Assembly (NCBI RefSeq): GCF_000011805.1
Contig: NC_006840.2
DNA from: Aliivibrio fischeri ES114
GTDB lineage: Bacteria > Pseudomonadota > Gammaproteobacteria > Enterobacterales > Vibrionaceae
Length of the DNA stretch: 32,000 nt
Strand: one strand, 5' to 3'
Shown: piece after piece, positions 8,981 through 18,641 of the stretch
Numbering within the stretch: the stretch's first letter is position 1
Layout of the letters: each line of letters begins with the position of its first letter
Notes under the pieces: generated by a model
What the model was told of the DNA's origin: nothing
Databases searched by the model: none
What the model saw: the letters and a program-made list of their open reading frames with translations, nothing else
Program-made: the position numbers and the translations under genes

Positions 8981-9054
8981 CACAAATACTGGTATGAGTT
9001 CACACAACTGATTACCATAAACGACCATCAGTGAATTTGTGTAAAGTAAAGATT

Positions 9055-9630
9055 GTGGCCAATAAAGATTATGTAAAACGCGGACGCTCTCCTAAGAAAG
9101 CGACAAAAAAAACAACTAAGAAAAAAGGCGCTAAACAACCTATGTCTAATGGCTCTACGCCATGGAAAGCGGTTGCCGTTGCGGCTCTTTTAGTTATGGT
9201 TTTTGGCTACGCACTCTATTTTCTTAATGACTCACCAGAGCCAGAAGTAAAAGCACCAGTAACCGAAGTTGTTCCTGTTAAACCAAAGAAAACAACATCC
9301 ACAGAAGACATTCCACCACTGCCGGAAGAGCAATGGAGCTACATGGATGAACTGCCAAATAAAGAAATAACAGTTGAACAAAAAGAATTAAAAGTATCTG
9401 AGATCCCTTACATTATGCAGTGTGGTGCTTATAAAAACCGCTCACAAGCTGAAGAACGTAAGATGAATATCGCTTTCCAAGGTATAACTTCTACCGTTCG
9501 TCATGCTGAAGGAAGTAGCTGGTATAAAGTGGTTCTTGGTCCATATAAATTCAAACGTGATGCAGAGAAAGATCGTCATAAGCTGCAACGCGCAAAAATC
9601 GAACCTTGTGCGATTTGGAAAGATCAATAA
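9055..9630 (+). CDS. ftsN: cell division protein FtsN (short form, SPOR domain)
   Basis: From GTG 9055 the N terminus reads (M)ANKDYVKRGR, matching E. coli MAQRDYVRR. It is followed by a basic tract, a TM helix (WKAVAVAALLVMVFGYALYFL) and a C-terminal SPOR-like domain (YIMQCGAYKNRSQAEERKMNIAF...WYKVVLGPYKFKRDAEKDRHKLQ). The listed ORF start 9031 is an alternative. Confidence 0.85.
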   Translation: MANKDYVKRGRSPKKATKKTTKKKGAKQPMSNGSTPWKAVAVAALLVMVFGYALYFLNDSPEPEVKAPVTEVVPVKPKKTTSTEDIPPLPEEQWSYMDELPNKEITVEQKELKVSEIPYIMQCGAYKNRSQAEERKMNIAFQGITSTVRHAEGSSWYKVVLGPYKFKRDAEKDRHKLQRAKIEPCAIWKDQ

Positions 9631-9672
9631 AACCATCATCCGAAATCAATAACACATCACATATTTAATAAA

Positions 9673-9698
9673 AGGAGCGCATTGAGTGCTCCTTTTTT
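9673..9698 (+). terminator. ftsN intrinsic terminator
   Basis: AGGAGCGC, loop attga, GTGCTCCT (one G-U pair), followed by T6. Confidence 0.8.
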
Positions 9699-9710
9699 CT
9701 ATCCATTCAT

Positions 9711-9739
9711 CTTGAAAAGCGTCTTACCTTCCCCCATTA
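9711..9739 (+). promoter_or_regulatory. sigma32 (heat-shock) promoter of hslVU
   Basis: CTTGAAA (9711-9717), 14-nt spacer, CCCCATTA (9732-9739). Consensus is CTTGAAA-N13-15-CCCCATNT. Lies about 70 nt upstream of the hslV GTG. Confidence 0.8.
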
Positions 9740-9810
9740 CAATAGTAATAATCATGAAGATGGTCGTCTTGCTTTCATTTATTGACGCCATCGAAAAAGA
9801 GGTTTTACTC

Positions 9811-10335
9811 GTGACTACAATTGTTTCTGTACGCCGTGAAGGCAAAGTCGTGGTTGCTGGCGATGGCCAAGCATCTCAAGGCGATATGATCGCAAAAGGC
9901 AACGTAAAAAAAGTACGTCGCTTATACAATGACTCAGTATTAGTTGGTTTTGCTGGTAGCACAGCTGATGCATTTATTCTGTTCGACCTGTGTGAACGTA
10001 AGCTAGAAATGCATCAAGGTAATCTAACAAAAGCCGCAGTAGAACTAGCAAAAGAATGGCGTAGTGACCGAGCATTACGTCGTCTTGAAGCAATGTTAAT
10101 TGTTGCAGATAAAACAACGTCATTAATCATCAGTGGTACAGGTGATCTAATCAATGCTGATAATGACTTACTAACTATTGGTTCTGGTGGTTACTTTGCT
10201 CGTTCTGCAGCAACAGCGCTGTTAGAAAATACCGATTTAGACGCTCGCGAAATTGCAACTAAAGCACTGACTATTGCTGGCGATATCGATGTATACACCA
10301 ACCACAACCACACAGTTGAAGAACTGAACGCTTAA
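9811..10335 (+). CDS. hslV: ATP-dependent protease subunit HslV (ClpQ)
   Basis: The GTG start at 9811 gives (M)[19 protein letters not shown], identical in layout to E. coli [20 protein letters not shown] with the catalytic Thr after Met removal. SD AAGAGG at 9797-9802. The listed ORF start 9682 runs through the terminator and promoter and is not credible. Confidence 0.95.
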   Translation: MTTIVSVRREGKVVVAGDGQASQGDMIAKGNVKKVRRLYNDSVLVGFAGSTADAFILFDLCERKLEMHQGNLTKAAVELAKEWRSDRALRRLEAMLIVADKTTSLIISGTGDLINADNDLLTIGSGGYFARSAATALLENTDLDAREIATKALTIAGDIDVYTNHNHTVEELNA

Positions 10336-10354
10336 CCAAGAATAAGGAATTACC

Positions 10355-11689
10355 ATGTCTGAGATGACTCCTCGTGAAATTGTACACGAATTAGATAGCC
10401 ATATTATTGGTCAAGATAAAGCAAAACGTTCAGTTGCTATTGCTCTTCGTAACCGCTGGCGCCGTATGCAACTGGCTCCTGAGTTGCGCACAGAAGTAAC
10501 ACCAAAAAACATTCTGATGATTGGCCCAACAGGTGTGGGTAAAACTGAAATCGCTCGCCGTTTAGCAAAACTTGCAAACGCACCTTTCATCAAAGTTGAA
10601 GCAACTAAATTCACTGAAGTGGGCTACGTTGGTAAAGAAGTAGAAAGCATCATCCGTGATTTGACCGATGTTGCTATCAAAATGACGCATCAACAAGCCG
10701 TTGAAAAAGTAAAATTCCGTGCTGAAGAGCACGCAGAAGATCGCATTCTAGATATCTTACTGCCACCTGCTCGCGATGCATGGGGCAATAATGAAGAAGG
10801 CAATAACGATTCTGGCACTCGTCAATCTTTCCGTAAAAAACTACGTGAAGGTAAATTAGACGATAAAGAAATCGAAGTTGATGTTGCTGCACCTCAAGTT
10901 GGCGTGGAAATCATGGCTCCTCCTGGTATGGAAGAGATGACAAACCAGCTTCAAGGTATGTTCCAAAACCTTTCTGGTGGCAATACAACCAAAAAACGCA
11001 AAATGAAAATCGTTGATGCACTTAAAGCACTAACAGAAGAAGAAGGTGCGAAGCTGGTTAATCCTGAGGAGCTAAAAGAACAAGCGATCTTCAATGTAGA
11101 AAACCACGGTATCGTGTTTATCGATGAAATTGATAAAATCTGTAAAGGTTCAAACTCTCACTCTGGTGATGTATCTCGTGAAGGTGTTCAACGTGATTTA
11201 CTTCCATTAGTAGAAGGCAGCACGGTTAGCACTAAACATGGCATGGTGAAAACCGACCATATGCTATTCATCACGTCAGGTGCATTCCAAATGGCAAAAC
11301 CATCGGACTTGATCCCTGAATTACAAGGCCGCTTACCAATTCGTGTAGAACTTGAAGCACTAACTGCGGATGATTTCAAACGCATTTTAACTGAGCCTAA
11401 TGCATCATTAACGGAACAATACATTGCTCTATTAGCGACCGAAAATGTAAAAGTTGAATTTACGGAAGATGGCATCAGTCGTATTGCTGAATCTGCATTC
11501 CAAGTAAATGAAACCACTGAAAACATCGGTGCTCGTCGTCTACACACAGTGATGGAACGACTAATGGAAGAGATTTCTTATGATGCTTCTGAAAAAAATG
11601 GCGAAAGCTTAATTGTTGATGCTGAGTATGTAAGTTCACGCCTAGGTGAGCTTGTTGCTGATGAAGACCTAAGCCGCTTCATTCTGTAA
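10355..11689 (+). CDS. hslU: ATP-dependent protease ATPase subunit HslU (ClpY)
   Basis: [37 protein letters not shown], Walker [16 protein letters not shown], Walker [10 protein letters not shown]-terminal DLSRFIL. Confidence 0.97.
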   Translation: MSEMTPREIVHELDSHIIGQDKAKRSVAIALRNRWRRMQLAPELRTEVTPKNILMIGPTGVGKTEIARRLAKLANAPFIKVEATKFTEVGYVGKEVESIIRDLTDVAIKMTHQQAVEKVKFRAEEHAEDRILDILLPPARDAWGNNEEGNNDSGTRQSFRKKLREGKLDDKEIEVDVAAPQVGVEIMAPPGMEEMTNQLQGMFQNLSGGNTTKKRKMKIVDALKALTEEEGAKLVNPEELKEQAIFNVENHGIVFIDEIDKICKGSNSHSGDVSREGVQRDLLPLVEGSTVSTKHGMVKTDHMLFITSGAFQMAKPSDLIPELQGRLPIRVELEALTADDFKRILTEPNASLTEQYIALLATENVKVEFTEDGISRIAESAFQVNETTENIGARRLHTVMERLMEEISYDASEKNGESLIVDAEYVSSRLGELVADEDLSRFIL

Positions 11690-11708
11690 TCTCTCATAAC
11701 TTAAAAAT

Positions 11709-11743
11709 AAAGCCTCGCAAGCATTAACTTGCGAGGCTTTTTT
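11709..11743. terminator. bidirectional intrinsic terminator between convergent hslU and the yhfA-like gene
   Basis: AAAGCCTCGCAAG (11709-11721), loop cattaa, CTTGCGAGGCTTT (11728-11740). A/T runs on both sides. Confidence 0.85.
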
Positions 11744-11764
11744 CTAATCTTTGTTGCCTACAGT

Positions 11765-12169
11765 TTAAGCTGAAACAATCTCCCATGAGTGCGTCATTTT
11801 TACGCCCTCACCAAGCATTAAACAGACTGAGCAATATTTCTGTAATGAATCAGCAGTGACTTTCTCGACAATCGTTGAGTCTAGGTTGTTACCTGTTACT
11901 TCAAAATGAATATTAATGTAAGTAAACAGCTTTGGTGCGGTTTCACGACGCTCACTAGATAGCTTAGCAACACAAGCTGTGACTTCTTGATTCGCCGATT
12001 TAAGTCCATCAACAACATCAACAGAACTGCATCCTCCAGCAGCCATTAAGACCATTTCCATCGGGCTTGGTGCTTTTTCTCCCCCATTGCCATCCATAAC
12101 AATAGAGTGACCTGATTGAGATTGACCTAGAAAAGACAATCCCTCAATCCATTTAACTTCAGCGTTCAT
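11765..12169 (-). CDS. yhfA: OsmC-family protein (YhfA-like)
   Basis: 134 aa. PSPMEMVLMAAGGCSSVDV and a second conserved Cys region (QKYCSVCLML) are typical of OsmC/Ohr-fold proteins. Divergent from crp, as yhfA is in E. coli. Confidence 0.8.
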   Translation of the reverse strand: MNAEVKWIEGLSFLGQSQSGHSIVMDGNGGEKAPSPMEMVLMAAGGCSSVDVVDGLKSANQEVTACVAKLSSERRETAPKLFTYINIHFEVTGNNLDSTIVEKVTADSLQKYCSVCLMLGEGVKMTHSWEIVSA

Positions 12170-12200
12170 AAAAGCCTCTTTACTACTTAAAAGGAAAACT

Positions 12201-12236
12201 CGTGATCCATTTCACGAAACTGTGCCCTTGGTCGCA
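12201..12236. promoter_or_regulatory. two tandem CRP-like sites in the yhfA-crp divergent region
   Basis: CGTGA tccatt TCACG (12201-12216) and TGTGC ccttgg TCGCA (12221-12236). Centres are 20 bp apart. Each departs from TGTGA-N6-TCACA at 2 positions. Confidence 0.4.
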
Positions 12237-12414
12237 CAATTCATACGATCAAAGTCAAGAAATCAATTGCGAAACAAGGTATGATTTTGTTAATTATCTC
12301 AACGAACATGCAGCCTTGTTCCGATAACCATATTGTATAGGCCAAACTGATATTTGGCTCAGTTATTTTAAAATGGACATCGCCTACTTGGCAAACGCAG
12401 AGGAAGTATAAAGT

Positions 12415-13047
12415 ATGGTTCTAGGTAAACCTCAAACAGATCCAACATTAGAGTGGTTCTTGTCTCACTGTCACATTCATAAGTACCCTTCAAAGAGCAC
12501 ACTGATTCACGCAGGTGAAAAAGCTGAAACTCTTTACTACATCGTAAAAGGTTCTGTTGCTGTACTTATCAAAGATGAAGAAGGTAAAGAAATGATCCTT
12601 TCTTACCTAAACCAAGGTGACTTCATTGGTGAGCTTGGCTTATTTGAAGAAGGTCAAGAGCGTTCAGCGTGGGTTCGTGCGAAAAGCCCTTGTGAAGTAG
12701 CAGAAATTTCATTCAAGAAATTCCGCCAACTTATCCAAGTTAACCCAGATATCCTAATGCGTCTTTCTGCGCAAATGGCAACTCGTCTACAAATCACTAG
12801 CCAAAAAGTAGGTGACTTAGCATTCCTAGACGTAACAGGCCGTATCGCTCAAACGCTACTAAACCTTGCTAAACAACCTGATGCAATGACTCACCCAGAC
12901 GGCATGCAAATTAAGATCACTCGTCAAGAGATCGGTCAAATTGTTGGTTGTTCACGTGAAACTGTTGGCCGTATCTTGAAGATGCTTGAAGAGCAAAACC
13001 TAATTTCAGCGCACGGTAAAACAATTGTAGTTTACGGTACTCGTTAA
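12415..13047 (+). CDS. crp: cAMP receptor protein CRP
   Basis: 210 aa, essentially collinear with E. coli CRP ([32 protein letters not shown]...; [26 protein letters not shown]). Confidence 0.98.
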   Translation: MVLGKPQTDPTLEWFLSHCHIHKYPSKSTLIHAGEKAETLYYIVKGSVAVLIKDEEGKEMILSYLNQGDFIGELGLFEEGQERSAWVRAKSPCEVAEISFKKFRQLIQVNPDILMRLSAQMATRLQITSQKVGDLAFLDVTGRIAQTLLNLAKQPDAMTHPDGMQIKITRQEIGQIVGCSRETVGRILKMLEEQNLISAHGKTIVVYGTR

Positions 13048-13072
13048 TTTAACGTCGTTACCATAAGCAAAT

Positions 13073-13102
13073 AAAAACGCAGCTCAATGGCTGCGTTTTT
13101 TT
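13073..13102. terminator. bidirectional intrinsic terminator between convergent crp and the DUF1338-like gene
   Basis: A5 run, ACGCAGC (13077-13083), loop tcaatg, GCTGCGT (13090-13096), then T7. Confidence 0.85.
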
Positions 13103-13121
13103 ATGTCCAAAGATAACAACT

Positions 13122-13916
13122 TTACCCGTCAGTACTTTCAAATATTTTATCCGCAGAAGCCGCGACAAACCCTTTGTATAGTTCACCATTTGGTAACTCA
13201 TAGCGTTTAGCAAATTCGTAAAATCCACCGGGGATCTCAAACTCACCATCACTAAATTTAACGATGACTTTATCCGCCATCGTAGATGATTGCTCTAAAC
13301 AAACCTCTGGAGAGCCTTTTACTTCTCCACCAACCTCATTAATGCTAAATCCAGCATTACGTAAGTGCTGATTAACATCAACCACTTCATCAAAGCCATC
13401 AAGTTGATTTACGTACACGGTAAAATGATTGGCTCCATACCCATGGGCAGCCAACCAAGAAGCGTACTCACTCTCTTTTGCTAACACCTTATATTGATCA
13501 AAACTTAAAGACCACGGTCTGCCTGAAGACAAAAAATCACGAGTTGCAAAATAATGAGCTGGAACTTGTTCTACTAATGATTTAATTATGGTTTGAGCAT
13601 CATCAGATAATTTTTCAACCAATAGCTCACTGATAAACACAAGTGGTGCATTGGGATCTGGATGCTCAAAATGTTGTGCTTTCAATTTTTTAGCAATAAA
13701 TTCATATTCATCACACGGTTTATACCCAATAGCTAAAAAGGGCGCGGCTAATGTGGATAAACCAACCTTAGGCAAATTAAACGTCCGCAAGGCAATATGA
13801 TCATTTACAATATCACCACCACTGGATAGCAATTGATGCACTTGGTCTGCCGATGGCGACAAACGTGTAATATAGTCTTGCCATAATGATGAAAAAAGTG
13901 TGTTTACATTATTCAT
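13122..13916 (-). CDS. DUF1338-like (HglS/YdcJ-type, VOC-fold metalloenzyme) protein of unknown role
   Basis: Size and motifs recalled for DUF1338 (VNDHIALRTF, GYGANHFTV, C-terminal FYEFAKRY). I place the start at ATG 13916 because a GGAG SD (13928-13925) overlaps the astD TAG stop with 8-nt spacing. The listed GTG 13925 is an alternative. Confidence 0.6.
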   Translation of the reverse strand: MNNVNTLFSSLWQDYITRLSPSADQVHQLLSSGGDIVNDHIALRTFNLPKVGLSTLAAPFLAIGYKPCDEYEFIAKKLKAQHFEHPDPNAPLVFISELLVEKLSDDAQTIIKSLVEQVPAHYFATRDFLSSGRPWSLSFDQYKVLAKESEYASWLAAHGYGANHFTVYVNQLDGFDEVVDVNQHLRNAGFSINEVGGEVKGSPEVCLEQSSTMADKVIVKFSDGEFEIPGGFYEFAKRYELPNGELYKGFVAASADKIFESTDG

Positions 13917-13927
13917 TTTCAGCACTC

Positions 13928-15385
13928 CTACAAAGTTAAACCTGGAGATAATTGCTCAGGAATCTCACATGCATCACCTTCCATTGATGCCATCGGATAA
14001 GCACAATAATCTGCCGCATAATAAGCACTTGGTTTTAAGTTGCCTGATGCACCCGGCCCACCAAATGGCGCATCACCACTTGCTCCTGTTAATTGACGAT
14101 TTCGATTCACAATTCCTGATCGAATATGCTCAACGAAATAATCCCATTCACTGTCATCGGTTGAAACTAATCCCGCAGATAATCCATAACGAGTGTCATT
14201 AGCAAGCTCCACAGCTTGCGCTAATGTGGTGTAACGTATGACTTGCAATAGTGGGCCAAAGTATTCTTCATCAGGTAATTCCGCGACATTTGTTGCATCT
14301 ATTATCCCTGGAGATACAAACGCATGACCCAAACTTCTCGCTTCCAGTAACGATTCACCGCCTAATGCTTGTAACTTTTTCTGAGCATTTAAGATAAATT
14401 CAGCCGCAGCAATGGATATTTGTGGCCCCATGAATGGCGTCGTTTCAGAAAAAGGCTGATCAACATGAATATTTTTCGTGACGTCAACTAAACGTGCTAA
14501 TAAGGCATCACCCTGTTTCCCCTCAGGAACATACAAACGTCGAGCACAAGTACAACGTTGCCCTGCACTAATAAACGCAGATTGCACTATGGTATATACC
14601 GTTGCATCTAAATCACCGAATGCTTTTGATATCACCATTGGGTTATTCCCACCCATTTCAAGAGCCAACATTTTACCCGTATCACCTGCAAATTGGCGGT
14701 GTAGGATATGGCCGGTATTCGCGCTGCCTGTAAATAAAAGGCCATCAATACCTTTAGTATTTGCTAGCGCCTCACCCGTTGCTCTCGCTCCCTGAACAAG
14801 ATTAATGACCCCTTTAGGTAACCCTGACTTCTGCCAAAGCTTCATGATCACTTCACTTGTCCATGGTGTTTGCTCTGATGGCTTTAATACCACCGTATTG
14901 CCCGCAAGTAACGCAGGAACAATATGACCGTTAGGTAGGTGCCCAGGGAAGTTATACGGGCCAAAGACAGCCATAACACCTAATGGGCGATGTCTAAGTA
15001 CAATTTTATTTCCTGCAGCTTCACGCTCTTTATAGGGGGTTCTTTCATGGTAGGCTCGAATCGATATCGCTATCTTCCCTACCATTGCACCTGCTTCTGT
15101 TTTGGTTTCCCAAAATGGCTTACCCGTTTCTTTTGCTATTACTTCTGCAATCGAATCCGCATTCTCTTTCACTAACTCAGCAAAACGTTCCACAATGGCT
15201 TGACGATTTTCAAATGGCAATTTCTTCCACTCAATAAAAGCATTACGAGCAGCATTCACAGCAGACTCAACCTGAGCCTCAGTAGCACTTTCGCCTTTCC
15301 ACACCACCTCACTGTTATAAGGACTTAACGATTGTATCGTTTCACCTTCGCCTAAAACCCAATCACCTGCAATCCAATGTGTCAT
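13928..15385 (-). CDS. astD: succinylglutamate-semialdehyde dehydrogenase
   Basis: 485-aa aldehyde dehydrogenase ([21 protein letters not shown] catalytic Cys region). The N terminus MTHWIAGDW resembles AstD. Located directly downstream of astA. Confidence 0.88.
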   Translation of the reverse strand: MTHWIAGDWVLGEGETIQSLSPYNSEVVWKGESATEAQVESAVNAARNAFIEWKKLPFENRQAIVERFAELVKENADSIAEVIAKETGKPFWETKTEAGAMVGKIAISIRAYHERTPYKEREAAGNKIVLRHRPLGVMAVFGPYNFPGHLPNGHIVPALLAGNTVVLKPSEQTPWTSEVIMKLWQKSGLPKGVINLVQGARATGEALANTKGIDGLLFTGSANTGHILHRQFAGDTGKMLALEMGGNNPMVISKAFGDLDATVYTIVQSAFISAGQRCTCARRLYVPEGKQGDALLARLVDVTKNIHVDQPFSETTPFMGPQISIAAAEFILNAQKKLQALGGESLLEARSLGHAFVSPGIIDATNVAELPDEEYFGPLLQVIRYTTLAQAVELANDTRYGLSAGLVSTDDSEWDYFVEHIRSGIVNRNRQLTGASGDAPFGGPGASGNLKPSAYYAADYCAYPMASMEGDACEIPEQLSPGLTL

Positions 15386-15397
15386 ATTCTTTGTCCC

Positions 15398-16414
15398 CTA
15401 TTGAGCTAATAAACGTACGTAATCATCAACGTCAACTTGCAATGCTTCTGCTGCGTCTGGTGTTAAATGAACAGTATCAGTGGCTTTATCATAAGCAGCC
15501 GTTGTTGCGGTTGCTCTAAAATTTTCAAATGACGTATTTGCAATCAAATACTGTTGTGAACTGCTGTGCTCTGTAATAATTACTTTAGCTTTAAACGAAT
15601 TACGAACTGACTCTATACTGCGTAAATCACATTCAACTGTTGGGCCTGCATCAAAAATATCTACGTAGCCACGACAACGGAACCCTTCATTCTCTAAAAG
15701 TTTTAAAGCAGGTTTTGTATTATCATGAACTTTACCGATTACAGCCTGAGCTTCTTTGCTTAATAAGCTGACATAAATTGGTAATTTCGGCATTAAATCA
15801 GCAATAAATCCCTTGTATCCAATGCCAGTTAAGTAATCAGCTTCAGTAAAATCGATAGAGAAAAAATGCTTTTGTAGCCACTTCCAAAATGGCGATTCAC
15901 CTTCTTTATCTGAAACACCGCGCATTTCAGCAAAAATGGTATCGGAGAAGCGGTGAGGGTGTTCTGCCATCATCAAAAATCGAGCTTTTGACATTAAACG
16001 TCCATTCAGCCCTTCACGATATTCAGGACGAAGAAATAAGGTACAGATCTCTGTACTTCCTGTGTAATTACTACCAAATGTCAGCACTTTCACGACATTA
16101 TGCACATCTAATTTGCGAGAAAAATGCACGACTTTACTAATATGATAATTATAGAATGGTGAATCTAAACCGACAGCTGCTTCAATACCGGTTGTGCCAG
16201 TCACCTCTCCTGTAACCGAATCTTGACCAACCATGAGGTAGCCTTCAACACCTGGCTCTGTCACGTCTTTCTGAAAGCTATCTATCGAATGATCGATTCG
16301 ATTTCTTAATTGTTCTTCATTAACAGGAAGTGAAGTGAACCCATGTCCAGATTCAACGGCACATTGATGAAGGGCTGGATAATCTTCTTGAGTAATAGGA
16401 CGGATAACAAGCAT
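15398..16414 (-). CDS. astA: arginine N-succinyltransferase
   Basis: From ATG 16414: MLVIRPITQEDYPAL...GFTSLPVNEEQLRNRI, compared with E. coli AstA MMVIRPVERSD...LTSLPANEATL. GGAGGG SD at 16427-16422. The listed start 16456 would run through the upstream terminator hairpin. Confidence 0.9.
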   Translation of the reverse strand: MLVIRPITQEDYPALHQCAVESGHGFTSLPVNEEQLRNRIDHSIDSFQKDVTEPGVEGYLMVGQDSVTGEVTGTTGIEAAVGLDSPFYNYHISKVVHFSRKLDVHNVVKVLTFGSNYTGSTEICTLFLRPEYREGLNGRLMSKARFLMMAEHPHRFSDTIFAEMRGVSDKEGESPFWKWLQKHFFSIDFTEADYLTGIGYKGFIADLMPKLPIYVSLLSKEAQAVIGKVHDNTKPALKLLENEGFRCRGYVDIFDAGPTVECDLRSIESVRNSFKAKVIITEHSSSQQYLIANTSFENFRATATTAAYDKATDTVHLTPDAAEALQVDVDDYVRLLAQ

Positions 16415-16432
16415 CAATATTCCCTCCGATGC

Positions 16433-16465
16433 CAAAAACAAAGGCAACTCGACCATGAGTTGCCT
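16433..16465 (-). terminator. canonical intrinsic terminator/attenuator between argD and astA
   Basis: Minus strand: AGGCAACTC, loop atggtc, GAGTTGCCT, then TTTGTTTTTGG. 9-bp stem (plus coordinates 16442-16450 / 16457-16465). It lies 17 nt after the argD stop, and its T-tract ends only about 6 nt before the astA SD. Confidence 0.7.
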
Positions 16466-16481
16466 AATATTCTTTAAAGCG

Positions 16482-17699
16482 TTATTTCGTTAGAGAAGCA
16501 AGCGCCTTATCTAAGCGCTCAAAACCTAACTCAACTTCTTCTTTTGTAATCACTAATGATGGGGTAAATCGAACCACATTAACGCCAGCAACAAGTACCA
16601 TCAAACCTTGCTCTCCCGCTGCCACCAATATGTCACGAGCTCGACCTTGCCACTCTTCATTTAGAGCAGCACCAAGCAATAAACCTTTGCCTCGGATCTC
16701 TGAAAACATATGATATTTGGCGTTTAATGCCTCTAGACCAGAACGGAACCATTGCTCGCGCTCTTTAACGCCATTTAAAACTTCAGGTTTTGATACTTCT
16801 TCAACCACCGCTTCCGCAATAGCACAAGCAAGTGGATTACCACCATAAGTCGAACCATGGGTTCCTACTTTTAAATGCTGAGCTAATTCAGTCGTAGTGA
16901 GCATAGCTCCGATAGGGAAACCACCACCAAGTGATTTAGCAGTACTGAGAATATCAGGTGTAACACCTAATCCTTGATAGGCATAAAAATCACCAGTTCG
17001 GCCATTACCTGTTTGAACTTCATCAAAAATCAGCAGTGCATTGTACTTTTCACATAATGCTTTTACGCCTTTTACAAATTCAGAAGTAGGCGAAACTATC
17101 CCCCCTTCTCCCTGTAATGGCTCCATCATTACCGCACACGTTTTATCAGACATGTGTGCTTCAAGTTCAGCAAGGTTATTGTATTCTAAATGAGTAATAT
17201 CACCCGGTTTAGGACCAAAACCATCAGAATACGCAGCTTGACCGCCAACGGTTACAGTAAAGAAAGTTCGACCATGGAAGCCTTGTTTAAAAGCAATTAT
17301 TTCACTCTTTTCTTCGCTATGAACATCCACAGCCCAACGACGCGCTAACTTCAACGCCGCTTCATTCGCTTCAGCACCTGAGTTAGCAAAAAATACTTTT
17401 TCAGCAAAAGAGACTTCAGTTAACTTTTTAGCGAGTCGAATAGCTGGCTCATTGGTCATAACATTACTTAAATGCCACAACTTTTGTGACTGCTCTTGTA
17501 GTGCATTAACCATAATAGGATGACAGTGGCCTAAACAGCTCACTGCAATACCTCCAGCAAAATCAATGTAATCCTTACCCGTTTGGTCCCATACTCGAGC
17601 TCCCTCGCCTTTTACAGGGATCACTTCCATTGGGTTATAACAAGGTACCATTACATCATTAAAATCTTTACGTTCAACTTGTGAATTGGTCGTCATCAC
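16482..17699 (-). CDS. argD: acetylornithine/succinylornithine aminotransferase (class III PLP enzyme)
   Basis: [27 protein letters not shown] and [10 protein letters not shown] (PLP lysine) motifs. Collinear with E. coli ArgD/AstC. The first codon is GTG 17699; ATG 17696 has better spacing from the AAGGA SD. Confidence 0.93.
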   Translation of the reverse strand: MMTTNSQVERKDFNDVMVPCYNPMEVIPVKGEGARVWDQTGKDYIDFAGGIAVSCLGHCHPIMVNALQEQSQKLWHLSNVMTNEPAIRLAKKLTEVSFAEKVFFANSGAEANEAALKLARRWAVDVHSEEKSEIIAFKQGFHGRTFFTVTVGGQAAYSDGFGPKPGDITHLEYNNLAELEAHMSDKTCAVMMEPLQGEGGIVSPTSEFVKGVKALCEKYNALLIFDEVQTGNGRTGDFYAYQGLGVTPDILSTAKSLGGGFPIGAMLTTTELAQHLKVGTHGSTYGGNPLACAIAEAVVEEVSKPEVLNGVKEREQWFRSGLEALNAKYHMFSEIRGKGLLLGAALNEEWQGRARDILVAAGEQGLMVLVAGVNVVRFTPSLVITKEEVELGFERLDKALASLTK

Positions 17700-18000
17700 A
17701 CTTTCCTTCTGCGTATGCCGTTATCCTGCATAATATTTACAAACCGTTAACCTTTTCAATAGCACAAAATTCTTTTTTTGAACTAAAAAAGCATTAACCG
17801 ATACAATTCAATGACTGATAAATCAGTTTTTTAGAATAGTTATAAACTCAAGCTATCGCAGCTTGCTTGATATGTAAACGATTTTATAAGAACAGAAACG
17901 CGTCACCCTATGCATAAAGTTGCACAAAAATAAAAACGTTATAAAAGTAAAGAAAAAGTAAGAAGGGTGAGCTAGATCGCTCATCATTATGAGGTAATAA

Positions 18001-18579
18001 TTATTTTTGGATAAAGTTACGTAAGATCTCATGACCTTGTTCAGTCAAAATAGACTCAGGGTGAAACTGTACGCCTTCAATAGGTAAACTTTTATGACAA
18101 AATCCCATGATCTCATCCATATCACCAGATTCAGTTTCTGTCCATGCAGTCACTTCAAAGCACTCTGGTAGCGTCTCTTTTTTCACAATCAATGAGTGGT
18201 AACGTGTCACCGTAAGCGGGTTATTTAACCCTTTGAAAACACTACGGCTAGTGTGAGTAATTGCAGAAGTTTTACCGTGCATGACTTTTTTAGCTCGAAC
18301 CACATCCCCACCAAATACTTGAGCAATGGATTGATGGCCTAAGCATACGCCAAGAATCGGTAATTTACTGGCGAAATACTTAATGGCTTCTAATGAAATG
18401 CCAGCTTCATTTGGTGTACATGGACCTGGGGAGATAACTAAATGAGAAGGGTTTAGTGCTTCAATACCTACAATATCGATTTCATCATTACGAACGACTT
18501 TTACTTCAACACCCAATTCACAGAAATACTGATATAGGTTGTAAGTAAACGAATCATAATTGTCGATCATTAATAGCAT
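18001..18579 (-). CDS. pabA: aminodeoxychorismate/anthranilate synthase glutamine amidotransferase component II
   Basis: 192 aa. [19 protein letters not shown], catalytic GVCLGHQ, FHPES. The argD-pabA adjacency is as in enterobacteria. Confidence 0.9.
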   Translation of the reverse strand: MLLMIDNYDSFTYNLYQYFCELGVEVKVVRNDEIDIVGIEALNPSHLVISPGPCTPNEAGISLEAIKYFASKLPILGVCLGHQSIAQVFGGDVVRAKKVMHGKTSAITHTSRSVFKGLNNPLTVTRYHSLIVKKETLPECFEVTAWTETESGDMDEIMGFCHKSLPIEGVQFHPESILTEQGHEILRNFIQK

Positions 18580-18603
18580 AAAAGAACTACTTTATAAGAT
18601 GGA

Positions 18604-18641
18604 TAAAATAAAAATTGCTCGCAGGTCAGCCTACGAGCAAT
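18604..18641 (-). terminator. trpS intrinsic terminator
   Basis: ATTGCTCG (18614-18621) / CGAGCAAT (18634-18641) with inner AGG/CCT pairs. On the minus strand it is followed by TTTTATTTTAT. Lies 27 nt after the trpS stop. Confidence 0.75.

Noticed and set aside
9442-9639. ORF 9442..9639(-)
   Set aside because: Antisense to the ftsN SPOR-coding region.
10411-11547. Three antisense ORFs inside hslU (10411..10614, 10677..10892, 11188..11547)
   Set aside because: Shadow frames of a highly conserved gene.
13058-15175. ORFs 13058..13252(-), 13900..14202(+, His-rich), 14478..14795(+), 14990..15175(+)
   Set aside because: These are out-of-frame or antisense within the DUF1338 gene and astD. The His-rich string is just the reverse-complement reading of astD codons.
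15889-16140. ORF 15889..16140(+)
   Set aside because: Antisense to astA.
17900-17930. Possible sigma54 promoter (TGTGCAACTTTATGCAT on the argD strand), as expected for ast genes in E. coli
   Set aside because: It lacks the invariant GG at -24 (TGGCAC) and does not match GG-N10-GC spacing.
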